Of a DNA stretch of 64,000 nt, positions 8,705 to 20,147 are shown in pieces (positions within the stretch are counted from its first letter, which is position 1; every line of letters starts with the position of its first letter). This stretch comes from Negativicutes bacterium. Its GTDB lineage: Bacteria > Bacillota > Negativicutes > UBA1444. The translations under genes were made by a program, and so were the position numbers. The notes below the pieces were generated by a model. It searched no databases. It was not told where the DNA came from and saw only the letters and a program-made list of their open reading frames with translations. The stretch lies in assembly GCA_963665275.2 (NCBI GenBank), contig CAXXIN010000012.1, forward strand, positions 32,001 to 96,000. The letters are read 5' to 3'.

Positions 8705-10467
8705 CACAGCACCTCCCTGCAACCGGCAACAATCTCTGCCGGTCGGAACGGATTCCCATCGTATTTGAGAATGGAATGAATTGCTCCGGCAAGCCTGGTA
8801 TTCGCTCGAACCAATGCAGCCAATTGACCGGTCGCATTGTGTTCAGCAACCACCACCGATTCTGCGGCATCCAGCAATGGTTGCAGGCTTTCTGACGGGA
8901 ACGGGTGCAGTAGCCGCACCTGAACATGATTCACCGTGATCCCTTCCAGTCGCAATTGAGTGACGGCTTCCGCAATCGGTCCGCCGGATGCGCCGACGCC
9001 AATGATGAGCAATCGGGGCTTTTCAGCCGGAGCATCGCTTCTCAGCGGTTCTGGAAAACGCGCAGCCACGGATGAAAGCTTGCGCAGTCTTTTATCCATC
9101 TGGGCGATCCGGTTTGCAATCCCTTCGAAAGGCCGTCCTGATTCATCATGTTCCAAGCCTGTCACATGATGGATACCATTTCTCATTCCGGGAATGACCC
9201 GAGGTGACACGCCGGAGGGCGTCACCTGATATCTTTTGAAATATTCGTTTTTAGACAATGCCGGCAGCTCCGCAGCGGACTTTAGTTCGCCCCGCCGCAC
9301 TGGAGGAGCAACCTCCGCAGACGAAATATCTGTTGTTTGATTGGCAAGCGAAAGTTGCATGTCAGACAGCAAAATGACTGGACATTGGTACTCTTCAGCC
9401 AGGTTGAACGCTTCAACCGTATCCCCGAAAGCCGAGGCCGCCGAGTCTAGGGCCATGACAATCTTGGGAGCTTCACCGTGCGTGGAGTAGATTGCCGCCA
9501 TGATATCAGACTGTTCGTGCTTGGTCGGCAATCCGGTGGAAGGACCCCCTCGCTGCACATCGATGACTACCAGCGGCGTCTCGGTCATCCCGGCCAGTCC
9601 TATGGATTCAGCCATCAATGACAACCCTGGCCCCGAGGTGGCGGTAAAAGCCCTGACCCCCGCATAGTTGGCGCCGATTGCCATCATACAGGCGGCGATT
9701 TCATCTTCAGTCTGAACCATGGCGCCGCCCAATTCCGGCAATCGTTCCACCATGGCTTCCATGATCTCTGAGGCCGGTGTAATCGGATAAGCCGCCATGA
9801 ACCGGGCTCCAGCTGCAATCGCTCCCTGCGAGATCGCTTCGTTCCCGATCACATACAGACGCCGAATCTTGTCCCCGGCGTCCATTTTATACGCTTCACG
9901 CAAATCTGCCGCAAACTTTTCCCCATATTCCCATCCGATGTGCAACGCGGCCAGATTCCCTTGCAGCATTGTTTCACCCTTGTCACCAAACATTTCCCGC
10001 AGCGGTTCTTCCCATTCCGCCGGGTTCAGGCCTAACATAAACACCGTCAAGCCTACGGCAATGATATTCTTCATTTTGACATTTCCAGACTGCTGTGCCA
10101 GCGCTGTCAAGGGTAAGCTCAACATTCGCGCCTTCGTCCCCGCCGACAGACTCGGTGCGAATTGCTCATCCGCAATGACCCAGCCGTCGCCGGAAAGTTC
10201 ACGGGCGCAAATTGTGATAGTCTCCTGATCCAACGCAATCAGTACATCGATCTTGTCGGCGATTGAAGCTACCCGCGTGGTGCTGAGGCGCAAATTGTAG
10301 TCAGTATGTCCGCCCCTGATCCGCGATGAGAAAACCCGATACCCATACAGATGATAACCTTGCCGGGACAAACCCTGCGCCAGAAGATCCCCGGCGCTTT
10401 CGACGCCTTCCCCCTGCTGACCGCCAATCTTCCATGAAACTTGTTGCAACACCCCACACTCCCCCAA
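8704..10467 (-). CDS. korA: 2-oxoacid:acceptor oxidoreductase alpha subunit (gamma-alpha fusion)
   Basis: GGQQGEG, SRIRGGH, YPITPASE, EDEIAA, TATSGPG, QRGGPSTGLPT. Confidence 0.93.
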   Translation of the reverse strand: MGECGVLQQVSWKIGGQQGEGVESAGDLLAQGLSRQGYHLYGYRVFSSRIRGGHTDYNLRLSTTRVASIADKIDVLIALDQETITICARELSGDGWVIADEQFAPSLSAGTKARMLSLPLTALAQQSGNVKMKNIIAVGLTVFMLGLNPAEWEEPLREMFGDKGETMLQGNLAALHIGWEYGEKFAADLREAYKMDAGDKIRRLYVIGNEAISQGAIAAGARFMAAYPITPASEIMEAMVERLPELGGAMVQTEDEIAACMMAIGANYAGVRAFTATSGPGLSLMAESIGLAGMTETPLVVIDVQRGGPSTGLPTKHEQSDIMAAIYSTHGEAPKIVMALDSAASAFGDTVEAFNLAEEYQCPVILLSDMQLSLANQTTDISSAEVAPPVRRGELKSAAELPALSKNEYFKRYQVTPSGVSPRVIPGMRNGIHHVTGLEHDESGRPFEGIANRIAQMDKRLRKLSSVAARFPEPLRSDAPAEKPRLLIIGVGASGGPIAEAVTQLRLEGITVNHVQVRLLHPFPSESLQPLLDAAESVVVAEHNATGQLAALVRANTRLAGAIHSILKYDGNPFRPAEIVAGCREVL

Positions 10468-10489
10468 TCAGCTTTATTGACGCAACCGT

Positions 10490-11501
10490 TCAGCTGCCGC
10501 CACCCAGGCTCGCCAATTCCTTCAGTCGCTCCCGATGCCCAATCACCAGCAAAATGTCTCCCGCCTGAATCATCTCGCTCGCCGATACATGCGTCATCAA
10601 AACACCGCCCCGATGAATACCGACAATCAGCGAATCATATTGTTCCTTGATGCCGCAGACTGCCAAACTGGTCCCGACCAACCGCGACGTGGGAGCAATA
10701 CGGATTTCGGCGATATCCAGATGCAGCTCTTCGTTATAGAAAACATTATCCATCAAATCGACAATCGCCGGTTTGGTCATGGCTGTTACCATCTGACGGC
10801 CGCCCATGATTTCAGGAGAGATGACATTGCTTGCTCCGCTGCGCTTCAACTTTTCAATTGCTTCAGGCCGGTTGGCCCTGGCCACAATCGAAAAAGCGGG
10901 GTTCCGATTCAAATTCCGGGCCGTCAAGGTGACATAAACATTTTCCGCATCGTGTGCGATCGTGGTGATGATACCACGAGCGCGTTCAACTCCTGCCTTT
11001 AAAAGGATCGAGTCCAGCGTGGCGTCGCCCTGAATCGCCAGAATTCCCCGATCCACCAGTCCCTGCCACAGCGCCTCATCCTGGTCGATGACAATGAAGG
11101 GTGCCTTTTCCTGTTGCAGTCTATCCATTACGGCATTGCCTACACGCCCCGCGCCGCAGACGATAATATGCCCGGACAATTTTTCGATTCGGTGTTCCAT
11201 GCCTCTCCTCCCCAATAAATCCCGCAATTTTCCTTCCAGCACAACCTGAAAAATTGACGTAAACACATAAAAGGCGCTGCCCACGCCGAAAAGAATCAAA
11301 ACAATTGTAAACATTCGTCCGGACAAAGTTTTGGCCACTACATCCCCATATCCCACCGTGGACACCGTGGTCACCGTCAAATACAAAGCATCCAACAGGG
11401 ACAACTGTTCCAACGCCATGTATCCAAGGGTACCGGCGGCAAGCATGCTGATAAAAAGCCCGAGCGCGAGAATCAGATTTCTGGATCCCAGAAGTATTCA
11501 C
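10490..11501 (-). CDS. Potassium channel with TrkA-N/TrkA-C (RCK) domains; probable 1-bp insertion near 11487
   Basis: Selectivity filter TVGYGD, GAGRVG, GDAT. GTG at 11501 behind GGGAGGGG is out of frame by one G. Confidence 0.88.
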
Positions 11502-11752
11502 CCCTCCCTACGATATTAAAGTGCTTCAGCACACCTGTCTTGCAGAGACTTCCGCAAACACATTGCCAATTCCTGCTTGCCAGAAAACCATATTTGTGCC
11601 CAGGCCGGACTATGCCCATCATCTCTCCTTAGTAAATCAAAGGCGGCCCAATTTGCTCATGCCGAAGCATTCGGGACAAAGCATATGAGAAAACGGCAAA
11701 TTCCTGTAAAGGAAAATGCCGCCATGAAAGACCCGTGCTGTAACACCAACAA

Positions 11753-13246
11753 TTATTTACTTTCCGCGTAAGTCGCCCTGAGCTTTCGCCGTTGTTGTAT
11801 ATAGGCCCCGATAATCGAGAACGCCGTCAGTCCTAGAATCATCAGGCAGATTGGCCGGGTGAAAAAGATGGAATATGCCCCATCGGAAAGCAGCAAGCTG
11901 CGCCGAAACTCGCTTTCCACCATCGGGCCCAGAATCAGTGCAAGAACAATGGGAGATACCGGAAACTTAAACTTGTCCATCAAGTAACCCAACAGACCGA
12001 AGAACATCATCACCACCAGATCGAACAAGCTGTTGTTGATCGAATAAGATCCAACGATACACAACACGAAGATGATCGGAGTCAAGATCGGTTTCGGTAT
12101 ATTGATGACCTTGGCGATATACTTGATGGCAAACAACCCGAACAGCAGGAAGATCAGATTGGCAACAAACATGCCGGCGAAAATCGAGTAGACCAAGTCC
12201 GCATTATCCTTAAATAAGAGCGGGCCCGGACGCAATCCCTGCAACATAAGTGCGCCGAGAAAAATCGCCGTGACTGCATCGCCAGGAATCCCCAGTGTTA
12301 GCAATGGAATAAGTGCGCCGCCAGTTACACCATTGTTCGCTGCTTCCGGCGCTGCTACGCCTTCCAGAACGCCCGTGCCGAATTTATCGCCGTCCTTCGA
12401 GCTGCGCTTGGCTTCACCATACGAGAGAAAGGCTGCAATGTCACCGCCGGTTGCCGGAATAATGCCGATAAGAGTGCCGATAATCGATCCCTTTAAAATA
12501 GTTTTGCTGCAACCCCGCAGTTCTTTCCATGAGGGCAATACTCCTGACAGGCTGAAATCCACATGTGCATTCCGAATCATGCTTTCGGTTGTCCGTAGAG
12601 CCTCTGAAACGGCAAACAACCCAATCAGCACCGGAATGAAAGAGACTCCGTTCAGCATATCCACCAGCCCGAACGTAAACCGCGGGTAGCCATTTAATCC
12701 GTCAATGCCCACAACACCCACGAGCAAACCGATGCAGGCGCTGATCAGACCCCTGACGACATAATCGCCTGAGATACTAGCCACGATACTCATCCCCAGC
12801 AGGCCCATGGCAAAATATTCGGGCGAACTGAATGATAGAGCCAGCCGTGCAAGTTCCGGCGCGATAAAGGTAAGGCACGCCGCGCTGAAAATTCCTCCGC
12901 AAAAAGATGCGATGGCCGACATTCCAAGAGCCTTTCCCGCCTGCCCTTTTTTCGCCAATTCATTGCCATCGAAAACGGTAGCGGCAGCGGCAGGAGTCCC
13001 CGGCGTCCGAATCAGTATCGCAGATATCGATCCCCCGTATATCGCCCCGCAATAGATCCCGCACAACATCACCAGCCCTGTTGCCGGCAGCATCGAAAAG
13101 GTCAACGGAGTCAGGAGCGCAACGCCCATGGTAGCAGTCAGACCAGGCAAGGCGCCAATGATGATCCCGCCGAGCGTCCCTGCAATCAAAACTGACAGAA
13201 TTCCTGGCTGAAGAACGGTCATAAATCCGTGCATTAATTGTTCCAT
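11753..13246 (-). CDS. tctA: Tripartite tricarboxylate transporter large subunit TctA
   Basis: GALPGL, YGGSISAIL..TPGT, PEAANN, LTLGIPG. Confidence 0.93.
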   Translation of the reverse strand: MEQLMHGFMTVLQPGILSVLIAGTLGGIIIGALPGLTATMGVALLTPLTFSMLPATGLVMLCGIYCGAIYGGSISAILIRTPGTPAAAATVFDGNELAKKGQAGKALGMSAIASFCGGIFSAACLTFIAPELARLALSFSSPEYFAMGLLGMSIVASISGDYVVRGLISACIGLLVGVVGIDGLNGYPRFTFGLVDMLNGVSFIPVLIGLFAVSEALRTTESMIRNAHVDFSLSGVLPSWKELRGCSKTILKGSIIGTLIGIIPATGGDIAAFLSYGEAKRSSKDGDKFGTGVLEGVAAPEAANNGVTGGALIPLLTLGIPGDAVTAIFLGALMLQGLRPGPLLFKDNADLVYSIFAGMFVANLIFLLFGLFAIKYIAKVINIPKPILTPIIFVLCIVGSYSINNSLFDLVVMMFFGLLGYLMDKFKFPVSPIVLALILGPMVESEFRRSLLLSDGAYSIFFTRPICLMILGLTAFSIIGAYIQQRRKLRATYAESK

Positions 13247-13257
13247 GCCGATACCTC

Positions 13258-13683
13258 CTAAAAGGACCATGCCGGTAACGGCACGTCAAGCATAACTTGA
13301 AAAACGAAGTATATACACGCTGTAGTTCCAACGGCTGAAAGCAGTTTCAGCTTCCAATCCCCTTTTTCCATCACCTGCATCAAAAGAATAAGGCAGAGCG
13401 GCGTTGTAATCAGGAATCCCACATATGCCATTGAAACAAGATAAATGCAAGTAATGACAAATACTTTTGCCGTTCGCCCAAAATCAAACTGCACAAAGTC
13501 GAACACAATCGCATCTTTGACCGAGTGGTTTTCGATTAACATCAGCGTTGTTAATACAATCAGCGCAATCGATACGACGCGTGGAAAAAACGCCGATTCC
13601 GGCGTAAATGATGCAGATCCGATCCAGACGGCGACAGCCAGCAACAAAACTAAAACTCCTGCAATCACACTGCCACGTTTCAC
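13258..13683 (-). CDS. tctB: Tripartite tricarboxylate transporter small subunit TctB
   Basis: Small 4-TM protein, FP motif, C-terminal F..ML.VPLP; position. Confidence 0.88.
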   Translation of the reverse strand: MKRGSVIAGVLVLLLAVAVWIGSASFTPESAFFPRVVSIALIVLTTLMLIENHSVKDAIVFDFVQFDFGRTAKVFVITCIYLVSMAYVGFLITTPLCLILLMQVMEKGDWKLKLLSAVGTTACIYFVFQVMLDVPLPAWSF

Positions 13684-13704
13684 GGTTTCACTCCCCTACG
13701 GAAA

Positions 13705-13730
13705 GAGGGCGGGCTTGCGCGTCCGCCCTC
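13705..13730 (-). other. Intercistronic hairpin after tctC (mRNA stabiliser or partial terminator)
   Basis: GAGGGCGGGC...GTCCGCCCTC inverted repeat. Confidence 0.55.
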
Positions 13731-13761
13731 TTGTGCTAATTCATTTTCCTTTAGCAGGTCA

Positions 13762-14760
13762 TTACTTTTTCTGTTTCAGGCCCAGTTTGTCAACGAGTTT
13801 CGCGTAGTTGGCAAAGTCTGCGTCCATGAATTTCGTGAAATCGGCGGCATTCATGTAACTCAGACCCAAACCAGCTTTGTCGGCCTGGGAAATGAAAGTG
13901 GGATCTTCCATAGCTTTTTTGAAGGCATCATGCAGGATAGCGACGATCGGTTCGGGAGTTCCTTTGGGAACGCCCAATCCCCGCCAAGTTCCGATCACAA
14001 TGTCATAGCCCTGCTCTTTGAAGGTCTTTACGTCCGGGAAAGCTTTTTCCCGCTTGTCGGACATAACACCCAGGATCTTCAGTTTACCGGATGCTACTTG
14101 GGCGCCCACTTCCGCCGGGCTCACAGCTACGGCTTCGATAGCGTTACCGAGCAGTGCCGTCACTGCCGGAGCTGCGCCGCTGTAAGGAACATGGTTGAAC
14201 TTAATACCGATTTTGTCTTCGATCGTAGCAGCCGCCAGATGCCAGATGCTGCCGGGACCGGAGTTGCCCATCCGGACTTTGCCGGGGTTTGCTTTCGCAT
14301 AATCCAGGAACTCTTTCAATGTTTTCCACGGTGCGTCAGCCGCAACGGTGATCGCCGCCGGGTCCATATTCACGCGCATGATCGGAACGAATAGTTTATG
14401 ATCCGCTTGGGCAATTCCCAGATGCGGCACGATGACGATTTCCGCGAAGAACATGGTCACGGTATAGCCGTCCGGTTTGGCAGTCTGTCCGGCTGTGAAA
14501 CCGACCGTGCCGCTTCCACCCGGTTTATTGACGATAACTACCGGTTGGCCCAGAAAGTCTTTGGCTTTATTGGCCAGCGCACGGGCCAACATGTCGGTGC
14601 CGCCGCCGGCGCCTGCAGGAACGATGACTTCGATCTGTTTCGTCGGGAACTTCGGTGTTTCCGGCGCTTTTTGCTGCGGAGTTCCTCCGCCGCAGCCAGC
14701 CACCACCAGCATCATGGATACGACCAGTATCATTGCCACCAGAGTCCACTGTTTCTTCAC
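13762..14760 (-). CDS. tctC: Tripartite tricarboxylate transporter substrate-binding lipoprotein TctC
   Basis: Lipobox VAGC, IVPAGAGGGTD, NKPGGSG, PDGYT, HVPYSG. Confidence 0.93.
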   Translation of the reverse strand: MKKQWTLVAMILVVSMMLVVAGCGGGTPQQKAPETPKFPTKQIEVIVPAGAGGGTDMLARALANKAKDFLGQPVVIVNKPGGSGTVGFTAGQTAKPDGYTVTMFFAEIVIVPHLGIAQADHKLFVPIMRVNMDPAAITVAADAPWKTLKEFLDYAKANPGKVRMGNSGPGSIWHLAAATIEDKIGIKFNHVPYSGAAPAVTALLGNAIEAVAVSPAEVGAQVASGKLKILGVMSDKREKAFPDVKTFKEQGYDIVIGTWRGLGVPKGTPEPIVAILHDAFKKAMEDPTFISQADKAGLGLSYMNAADFTKFMDADFANYAKLVDKLGLKQKK

Positions 14761-14880
14761 ATTCAGTCCTCCTTCTCCTAAAACGATTTATACGAAAAAT
14801 CTAACATGTTTGAATTTTCGCTCTTAATTAGGAAAAGTCCTGCTAAATAAAAAAAATTCATGCCCCCGGCGCGGATAGGG

Positions 14881-15672
14881 TTATTTCCATGGAATCAATC
14901 GTCGCTCCAGCCAATCGAGAACGCGATTAAAAACCAGTCCCAACAGCGACAATACCAATACGCCCACCATGAGTTTCGTCGTAAGCATCAGGTCGCCGTA
15001 GTGCAGAATCATGGCCCCGACACCTTCTTTGGCCGCGATCATTTCTGCAGCGACCAACAGCAACAGCGAGGTTCCCGCAGCCAGTTTCAATCCGGCAAAA
15101 ATTACCGGCAACGCTGCAGGTAAAACAACCTTGCGAATCAGGTTCATCCGTGAAGTTCGATAACTGACAGCAACTTTAATCAATAACGGATCGACGTTTT
15201 TCACGCCGGAATGGGTATTGATGACCACTGGAAAAAACACACCCAGACTGATGATCGTAATTTTTGAAACCTCGCCGATGCCGAGCCAGAGGATGATAAG
15301 AGGCAGCAATGCAATCTTTGGTATGGGATACAATGAATAAATCAAGGGATTTCCAATGGCCTCCGCCAGCCTGGAAAAACCGGTCAAAAGTCCGATCCCG
15401 ATGCCTGCCAAGGTACCGATCGCAAATCCCCAGCCAATCCGCTGCAAGCTGGCCTGCAGGTTGACGGCGATTTCACCGCTTGCCGCCATTTCCCAGCCGA
15501 CTTTGAGAATGGAAGTCGGCGCCGGAAGGTAAAGCTCCGAAACCCAGCCGGTCATGCACACAGCCTGCCAAAGCACCAGCAACACGATAATACCGCCGGG
15601 CCCTGTCCAGCGGGAGACTTTGCGTTCCATGAATGCAAGGCGAAATTGAACTTCCCTGCGAAACATACTCAT
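14881..15672 (-). CDS. ABC permease, SsuC/TauC/NitT family
   Basis: YPIPKIALLPL, LPAALP, LVAAEM; start reassigned to ATG 15672. Confidence 0.9.
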   Translation of the reverse strand: MSMFRREVQFRLAFMERKVSRWTGPGGIIVLLVLWQAVCMTGWVSELYLPAPTSILKVGWEMAASGEIAVNLQASLQRIGWGFAIGTLAGIGIGLLTGFSRLAEAIGNPLIYSLYPIPKIALLPLIILWLGIGEVSKITIISLGVFFPVVINTHSGVKNVDPLLIKVAVSYRTSRMNLIRKVVLPAALPVIFAGLKLAAGTSLLLLVAAEMIAAKEGVGAMILHYGDLMLTTKLMVGVLVLSLLGLVFNRVLDWLERRLIPWK

Positions 15673-15676
15673 TCGT

Positions 15677-16453
15677 TCACGCCTCCCGCAAAGCGTCTTC
15701 CGCATCTTTGCGAATGAGGCTCCAGATGTGGTCGCAATAGGAATTGAATCGAGAGATATGTTCCGCACCGTCTCGCCCACGCCGCGGCAAATCAATCTGC
15801 AAAATGCTCATGATCCGTCCCGGGCGACGGGACAAGACCACGATCCGGTCCGCCAGATACACCGCTTCCTGAATGTTGTGAGTCACATAGAGCGTGCTCA
15901 GGCGATGGGTTTCCCAGATTCGCAGCAATTCTTCCTGCATCAGGGTCCTCGTCTGGGCGTCCAGGGCTGAGAAGGGCTCGTCCATCAACAACAGATCCGG
16001 ATTGATCACCAACGTACGCGCAATGCCGGCCCGTTGCCGCATACCCCCTGACAGCTGATGGGGATAGGACTTTTCAAACCCGGCCAGGCCCACCAAGTCG
16101 ATATGCCAACGGATTCTCTCCTGTTGCTCTGCTTTCGACAATGACGATTCTTCCAACCCGAACCCGATGTTGTTTTCCACCGTGCGCCAAGGGAATAACC
16201 CAACTTCCTGGAATACCATGCCCACCGATGGATCGCGGTCTTCCGTCAATCCCTCCACGACAATCTTGCCTGAAGTAGGCGCGAGCAGCCCGCCAACCAT
16301 GTTCAGCAGCGTCGATTTTCCGCAGCCGCTCGGCCCAACCAAGACAACAAACTCTTCCTGTTCTACAGTAAGGCAGACATCCTCAAGAGCGGTGACCGGA
16401 CTCCCGTCCGGTCCCGCATATTGTTTTCCAACATGTTCAACAATAATCCTCAT
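15677..16453 (-). CDS. ABC ATPase, SsuB/TauB family
   Basis: [33 protein letters not shown]. Confidence 0.92.
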   Translation of the reverse strand: MRIIVEHVGKQYAGPDGSPVTALEDVCLTVEQEEFVVLVGPSGCGKSTLLNMVGGLLAPTSGKIVVEGLTEDRDPSVGMVFQEVGLFPWRTVENNIGFGLEESSLSKAEQQERIRWHIDLVGLAGFEKSYPHQLSGGMRQRAGIARTLVINPDLLLMDEPFSALDAQTRTLMQEELLRIWETHRLSTLYVTHNIQEAVYLADRIVVLSRRPGRIMSILQIDLPRRGRDGAEHISRFNSYCDHIWSLIRKDAEDALREA

Positions 16454-17520
16454 TGGCCAGCGCCAACCTTTTTCAGAGCCTCCTCCCAAAGTTTCAGATC
16501 CATCACCTGGGAAGCGTTCACCTGTTTTTCAATCATTTTATGGCTGTAATACCAGTCGATCTGCGTCTGAATATCCGCAGCCAGCAATTTCCCGTCCCGA
16601 TCCATATACGGCAGCCCCAGCTTGACGTCCTCAACCGGAGCTCCGGTGTGTTTGGCGATGATTCCCACCACTTCTTCATAATTGGCTCCCGGCGCCGGTT
16701 TCCCGCCATTTTGCTTTAAAACGGCATCAAAGTAATAGCGGGTCGACTTGATATACGCAGCCAGAAAGCGCACTGCCGCATCTTTATCCTTCATAAACTC
16801 CGGCGCAAAAAAGATTGCCGAAGTCTGATACTCGATCGCATCGCCCACCTGCACCACGACTTTGCCGTAGCCGGCTTTTTCCATTTTTGTGATATTCGGC
16901 TCGTTCAGAATAACTGCATCGACTTGTTTCCCCTGCAGCGCCGCCATCAGCGCGCTAAGCTTGCCCAATGGGACGATCTCCACGTCCGTCAATTTGAGTC
17001 CTTTGGTCTCGAGCAAGCGTCCCAGCATATAGTGGAAGGTCGAACCGGTCTGGGTAATCCCCACCCGTTTCCCCTTCAAATCTTCAAGCTTTTTGGCGCC
17101 GCCTTCCCAAAGATCGGTCCGCATCAGCACCGCTGAAGAGGAAAAACCTTTTTGTTCCCTGCCTTTATCGGCCACGATCGACAAATTCTGCCCGCCTGCG
17201 ACCATATTGAACAGGCTGGCGGTAATACCTGTTGCCCCTACCTGAACTTTGTTGGAAGCAGTGGCAACTGCGATCGGATGCGCTGCATCAAACCACTCGG
17301 GGTTGATGTCAATTCCCTGCTCTTTGAAAAACCCTTTTTCCATCCCGATGAAAATTGGCGCCGAACTGGTCAGTTTCAAAATCCCCACGCTGACCTTCGT
17401 CGCCTGTGAGGGCGCCGCAGGTTTTGCCGGTTCCGTCCCTTTGCCGCAGCCTGCCAGCAGCAGGACTGCCATGAAAACTGTTACTACCCCGATAATGACC
17501 CCATGACTTCTTTTCTGCAC
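16450..17520 (-). CDS. ABC substrate-binding lipoprotein, SsuA/TauA/NMT1 family
   Basis: Lipobox [24 protein letters not shown] motif. Confidence 0.88.
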   Translation of the reverse strand: MQKRSHGVIIGVVTVFMAVLLLAGCGKGTEPAKPAAPSQATKVSVGILKLTSSAPIFIGMEKGFFKEQGIDINPEWFDAAHPIAVATASNKVQVGATGITASLFNMVAGGQNLSIVADKGREQKGFSSSAVLMRTDLWEGGAKKLEDLKGKRVGITQTGSTFHYMLGRLLETKGLKLTDVEIVPLGKLSALMAALQGKQVDAVILNEPNITKMEKAGYGKVVVQVGDAIEYQTSAIFFAPEFMKDKDAAVRFLAAYIKSTRYYFDAVLKQNGGKPAPGANYEEVVGIIAKHTGAPVEDVKLGLPYMDRDGKLLAADIQTQIDWYYSHKMIEKQVNASQVMDLKLWEEALKKVGAGQ

Positions 17521-17822
17521 AATAATACTCCCTTTCTACCTTGCTACATTTAATTACACGAATGGGCTCCAAGCTCCATTTGCTACTGATTATATTACAC
17601 GCTGCGGTTCGCGGCAACACAGCAAGCGGTTCTCCATTCGCCCGCCATTGAATTGTCTATTCTTGGTGCGGGTTTGTCTATTTTTTTAAACAAACGCGCT
17701 TGCTCTCGGGAAGGATTTTCATCACACAACCCGAATTTGATTATTAAGCGGTTTCTTTGACGAGACACGCTCCTTGCGGAATCCCCTATATTTGTCGCAT
17801 CAGTTTGCCACGCAAGAAACAT

Positions 17823-17838
17823 TGGCACGATTTATGCA
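17823..17838 (+). promoter_or_regulatory. Sigma54 (-24/-12) promoter
   Basis: TGGCAC-GATTT-ATGCA (GG-N10-GC), 70 bp upstream of the chemoreceptor. Confidence 0.65.
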
Positions 17839-17908
17839 ATAATATTTTTTCTTGTAGCAATTATGGATAAAAATCAGTTTTGGTACAACAGAGAAAGGAG
17901 CTGTACGC

Positions 17909-18754
17909 ATGTCCGATGAACCCAACGTTGTCCTTGAGAAATTTCTTCATGTCATGCCTTTACTAGGAGGCATGTTCTCCTCAGATGTGGGTGTCGCTGT
18001 AACCGATCGTGAAAAATATCTCCTTTATAAAAAGGGGCGGACGCTTGACTTGAAAATTGCAGCCGGAACCATGCTCAAACCCGGCACAGCGGTTGTCCGG
18101 GCCATGGAGGAAAACCATCGGGTTGTGGTCCGTGGCGACAGGGCAACTTTTGGACTGCCGTATATTGCAACGGCAGTGCCGATACACGATGAGAGCGGTC
18201 ACGTAGTCGGCGGGGCCGTGATCATCGAGTCCGTGGAGCAACAGGATCAGTTGAAGCAGATGGCTGAAAAGCTCGCGGATACCACCAATACTCTGGCAAG
18301 CACTTCCGAGGAAATTTCTGCCCAAACCCAGGAAATCAGCGCTCTCAGCCGGACGATGTCGGTTGCTGCCGGGGAATCGCAAGGGCGATTGAAGGAAACC
18401 GACGAAGTGGTCGGATTGATAAAAGCGGTCGCCGGTCAAACCAACATGTTGGGGCTGAATGCTGCCATCGAAGCAGCGCGTGCCGGGGAATCCGGTCGGG
18501 GTTTCTCGGTGGTCGCCGACGAAATTCGCAAACTGGCAACCACCAGCGCTGACTCCATCAAAAAAATCGAAGCGACCCTGCGGACGATTCGGGACGACGG
18601 TCAGAAAAATTTCGAACAGTCTAGGCGAATTGACGAAGTGATGCCGCAAATCGCGCAGGCCATCACACAGGTTGCCGGAGCCGTGCAGGAAGTGAACGAA
18701 ATGGCTCGCGGGCTTAATGAGATGGCGGATAATCTGACGAAAGACCAGGCGTAG
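17909..18754 (+). CDS. Soluble methyl-accepting chemotaxis protein (YfmS-like)
   Basis: [34 protein letters not shown]; no TM segment. Confidence 0.92.
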   Translation: MSDEPNVVLEKFLHVMPLLGGMFSSDVGVAVTDREKYLLYKKGRTLDLKIAAGTMLKPGTAVVRAMEENHRVVVRGDRATFGLPYIATAVPIHDESGHVVGGAVIIESVEQQDQLKQMAEKLADTTNTLASTSEEISAQTQEISALSRTMSVAAGESQGRLKETDEVVGLIKAVAGQTNMLGLNAAIEAARAGESGRGFSVVADEIRKLATTSADSIKKIEATLRTIRDDGQKNFEQSRRIDEVMPQIAQAITQVAGAVQEVNEMARGLNEMADNLTKDQA

Positions 18755-20147
18755 GTTTGAATCCACGGCACTGATACACCGCCATTTCCCGAGAAACGTA
18801 GCGATCGTTATATAACAGCGGTCCGATCGGCTCTACTTCAGTAAAGAAGGCGGCCAATTGGGTCGCTTGTGTTTTATCCCCGAAAAAAACCGCGTCACTG
18901 CCGGCAGAAATATTCAGGTCTTTTCGCCAGTAGTCGAACTGTGAAAATCGGGCAGGAGTTAGGATCTGAGCAGCCGGATGTCCGGGCAGGTAGTACCATG
19001 CAAGGGACGCCAGCTTGTAGTCGGAAGCCAGAACCATCGACGTTCCGCTCACATACCGGCCGCCCTCCCGGAACATCACGTCGTAACCCAGCACCTGTCG
19101 TTTCATAACGATTTGCGGCGGCAGGAAACCGAATAATTCCGGTACTTTCAGCAGCAAGGTCAATAAAATGCCCAACACAATTCCCGTTCTATAGATCGCT
19201 TTATAACGCGGCAAGTTGATCCATTTTGCTAGCAAGATGATCCCGGTTATATAGGCCGGCGCCGCCCAGTTGCCTTCCACTCTTTTAAACAACGCCGCAT
19301 AGCCGAAAAAGCCGAGAACCACTAGACAGGGCCACAGCAAAAAAGCCTGACGGTCGTCTGAAATGATCTGTCGAAAATTCTTCCAGCATACATAACCAAA
19401 AAAGAAAAAGAAAATCGGATTCAGGGCAGCAGCCTGCACTCCCAGATATTCGGCAAGAGAAGAAATGTTCAGGTTGCGCTCACCTGCCAGCCCGTGTCCC
19501 AATTGAAAGCGAAAAGAGCTCCAGTCATGGCCGGCATTCCAGACAATGACCGGCACAAATACCAGCAAGGCGAGTCCAAGGCTCGCAAAGAGTTCCTTGC
19601 GCCGCAATTCGCCGCGATGGGACGAGAAGAGCAGAAACAGCAACAGGCCTGGCAACAGCAGCACTGCGGTATACTTGGACAGCACCGCGAATCCGGCTGC
19701 CGCCCCCGCCGCGTAATAGTACCGGCGTTTCGCCTTGAATATCGCCTGGTAGACAAAAAAAACGACCGCCATCCACCCCAGAATCAGGGGCGCGTCAGGC
19801 GTCGCCAAGGTAAACCCCATCTGGGCCAGCGGTGATAACAAAAATATCAGCAAGGCTTTGCCTGCGACGGCTTTACCAAACATATCCGCAGACAAATGCC
19901 AGATTCCCAGGCCGGTTAACGTCGAACAAAATAGAGGAACCAAGCGGATCTGCCACTCCGAATCGCCAAAAATCGTCGCGAGCCGAATCAGCCAGGCGAT
20001 CATTGGCGGATGGTCAAAGTAGGAAAGCTGCAGATGATTGGACCACACCCAGTAGTACGCTTCATCGAAATGCAGCGGCAAAGCGGCGCTATAAAACAGA
20101 TTACCTAAAACGACCGCCGCCAAAATAGCGGCCCAGCGCCGGCTCAC
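18714..20147 (-). CDS. ArnT/PMT-family (GT83/GT39-like) membrane glycosyltransferase
   Basis: DEAYYW, YFDHPPM, TPDAP, SKYT; GTG start overlaps the upstream stop. Confidence 0.9.
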   Translation of the reverse strand: MSRRWAAILAAVVLGNLFYSAALPLHFDEAYYWVWSNHLQLSYFDHPPMIAWLIRLATIFGDSEWQIRLVPLFCSTLTGLGIWHLSADMFGKAVAGKALLIFLLSPLAQMGFTLATPDAPLILGWMAVVFFVYQAIFKAKRRYYYAAGAAAGFAVLSKYTAVLLLPGLLLFLLFSSHRGELRRKELFASLGLALLVFVPVIVWNAGHDWSSFRFQLGHGLAGERNLNISSLAEYLGVQAAALNPIFFFFFGYVCWKNFRQIISDDRQAFLLWPCLVVLGFFGYAALFKRVEGNWAAPAYITGIILLAKWINLPRYKAIYRTGIVLGILLTLLLKVPELFGFLPPQIVMKRQVLGYDVMFREGGRYVSGTSMVLASDYKLASLAWYYLPGHPAAQILTPARFSQFDYWRKDLNISAGSDAVFFGDKTQATQLAAFFTEVEPIGPLLYNDRYVSREMAVYQCRGFKPTPGLSSDYPPSH

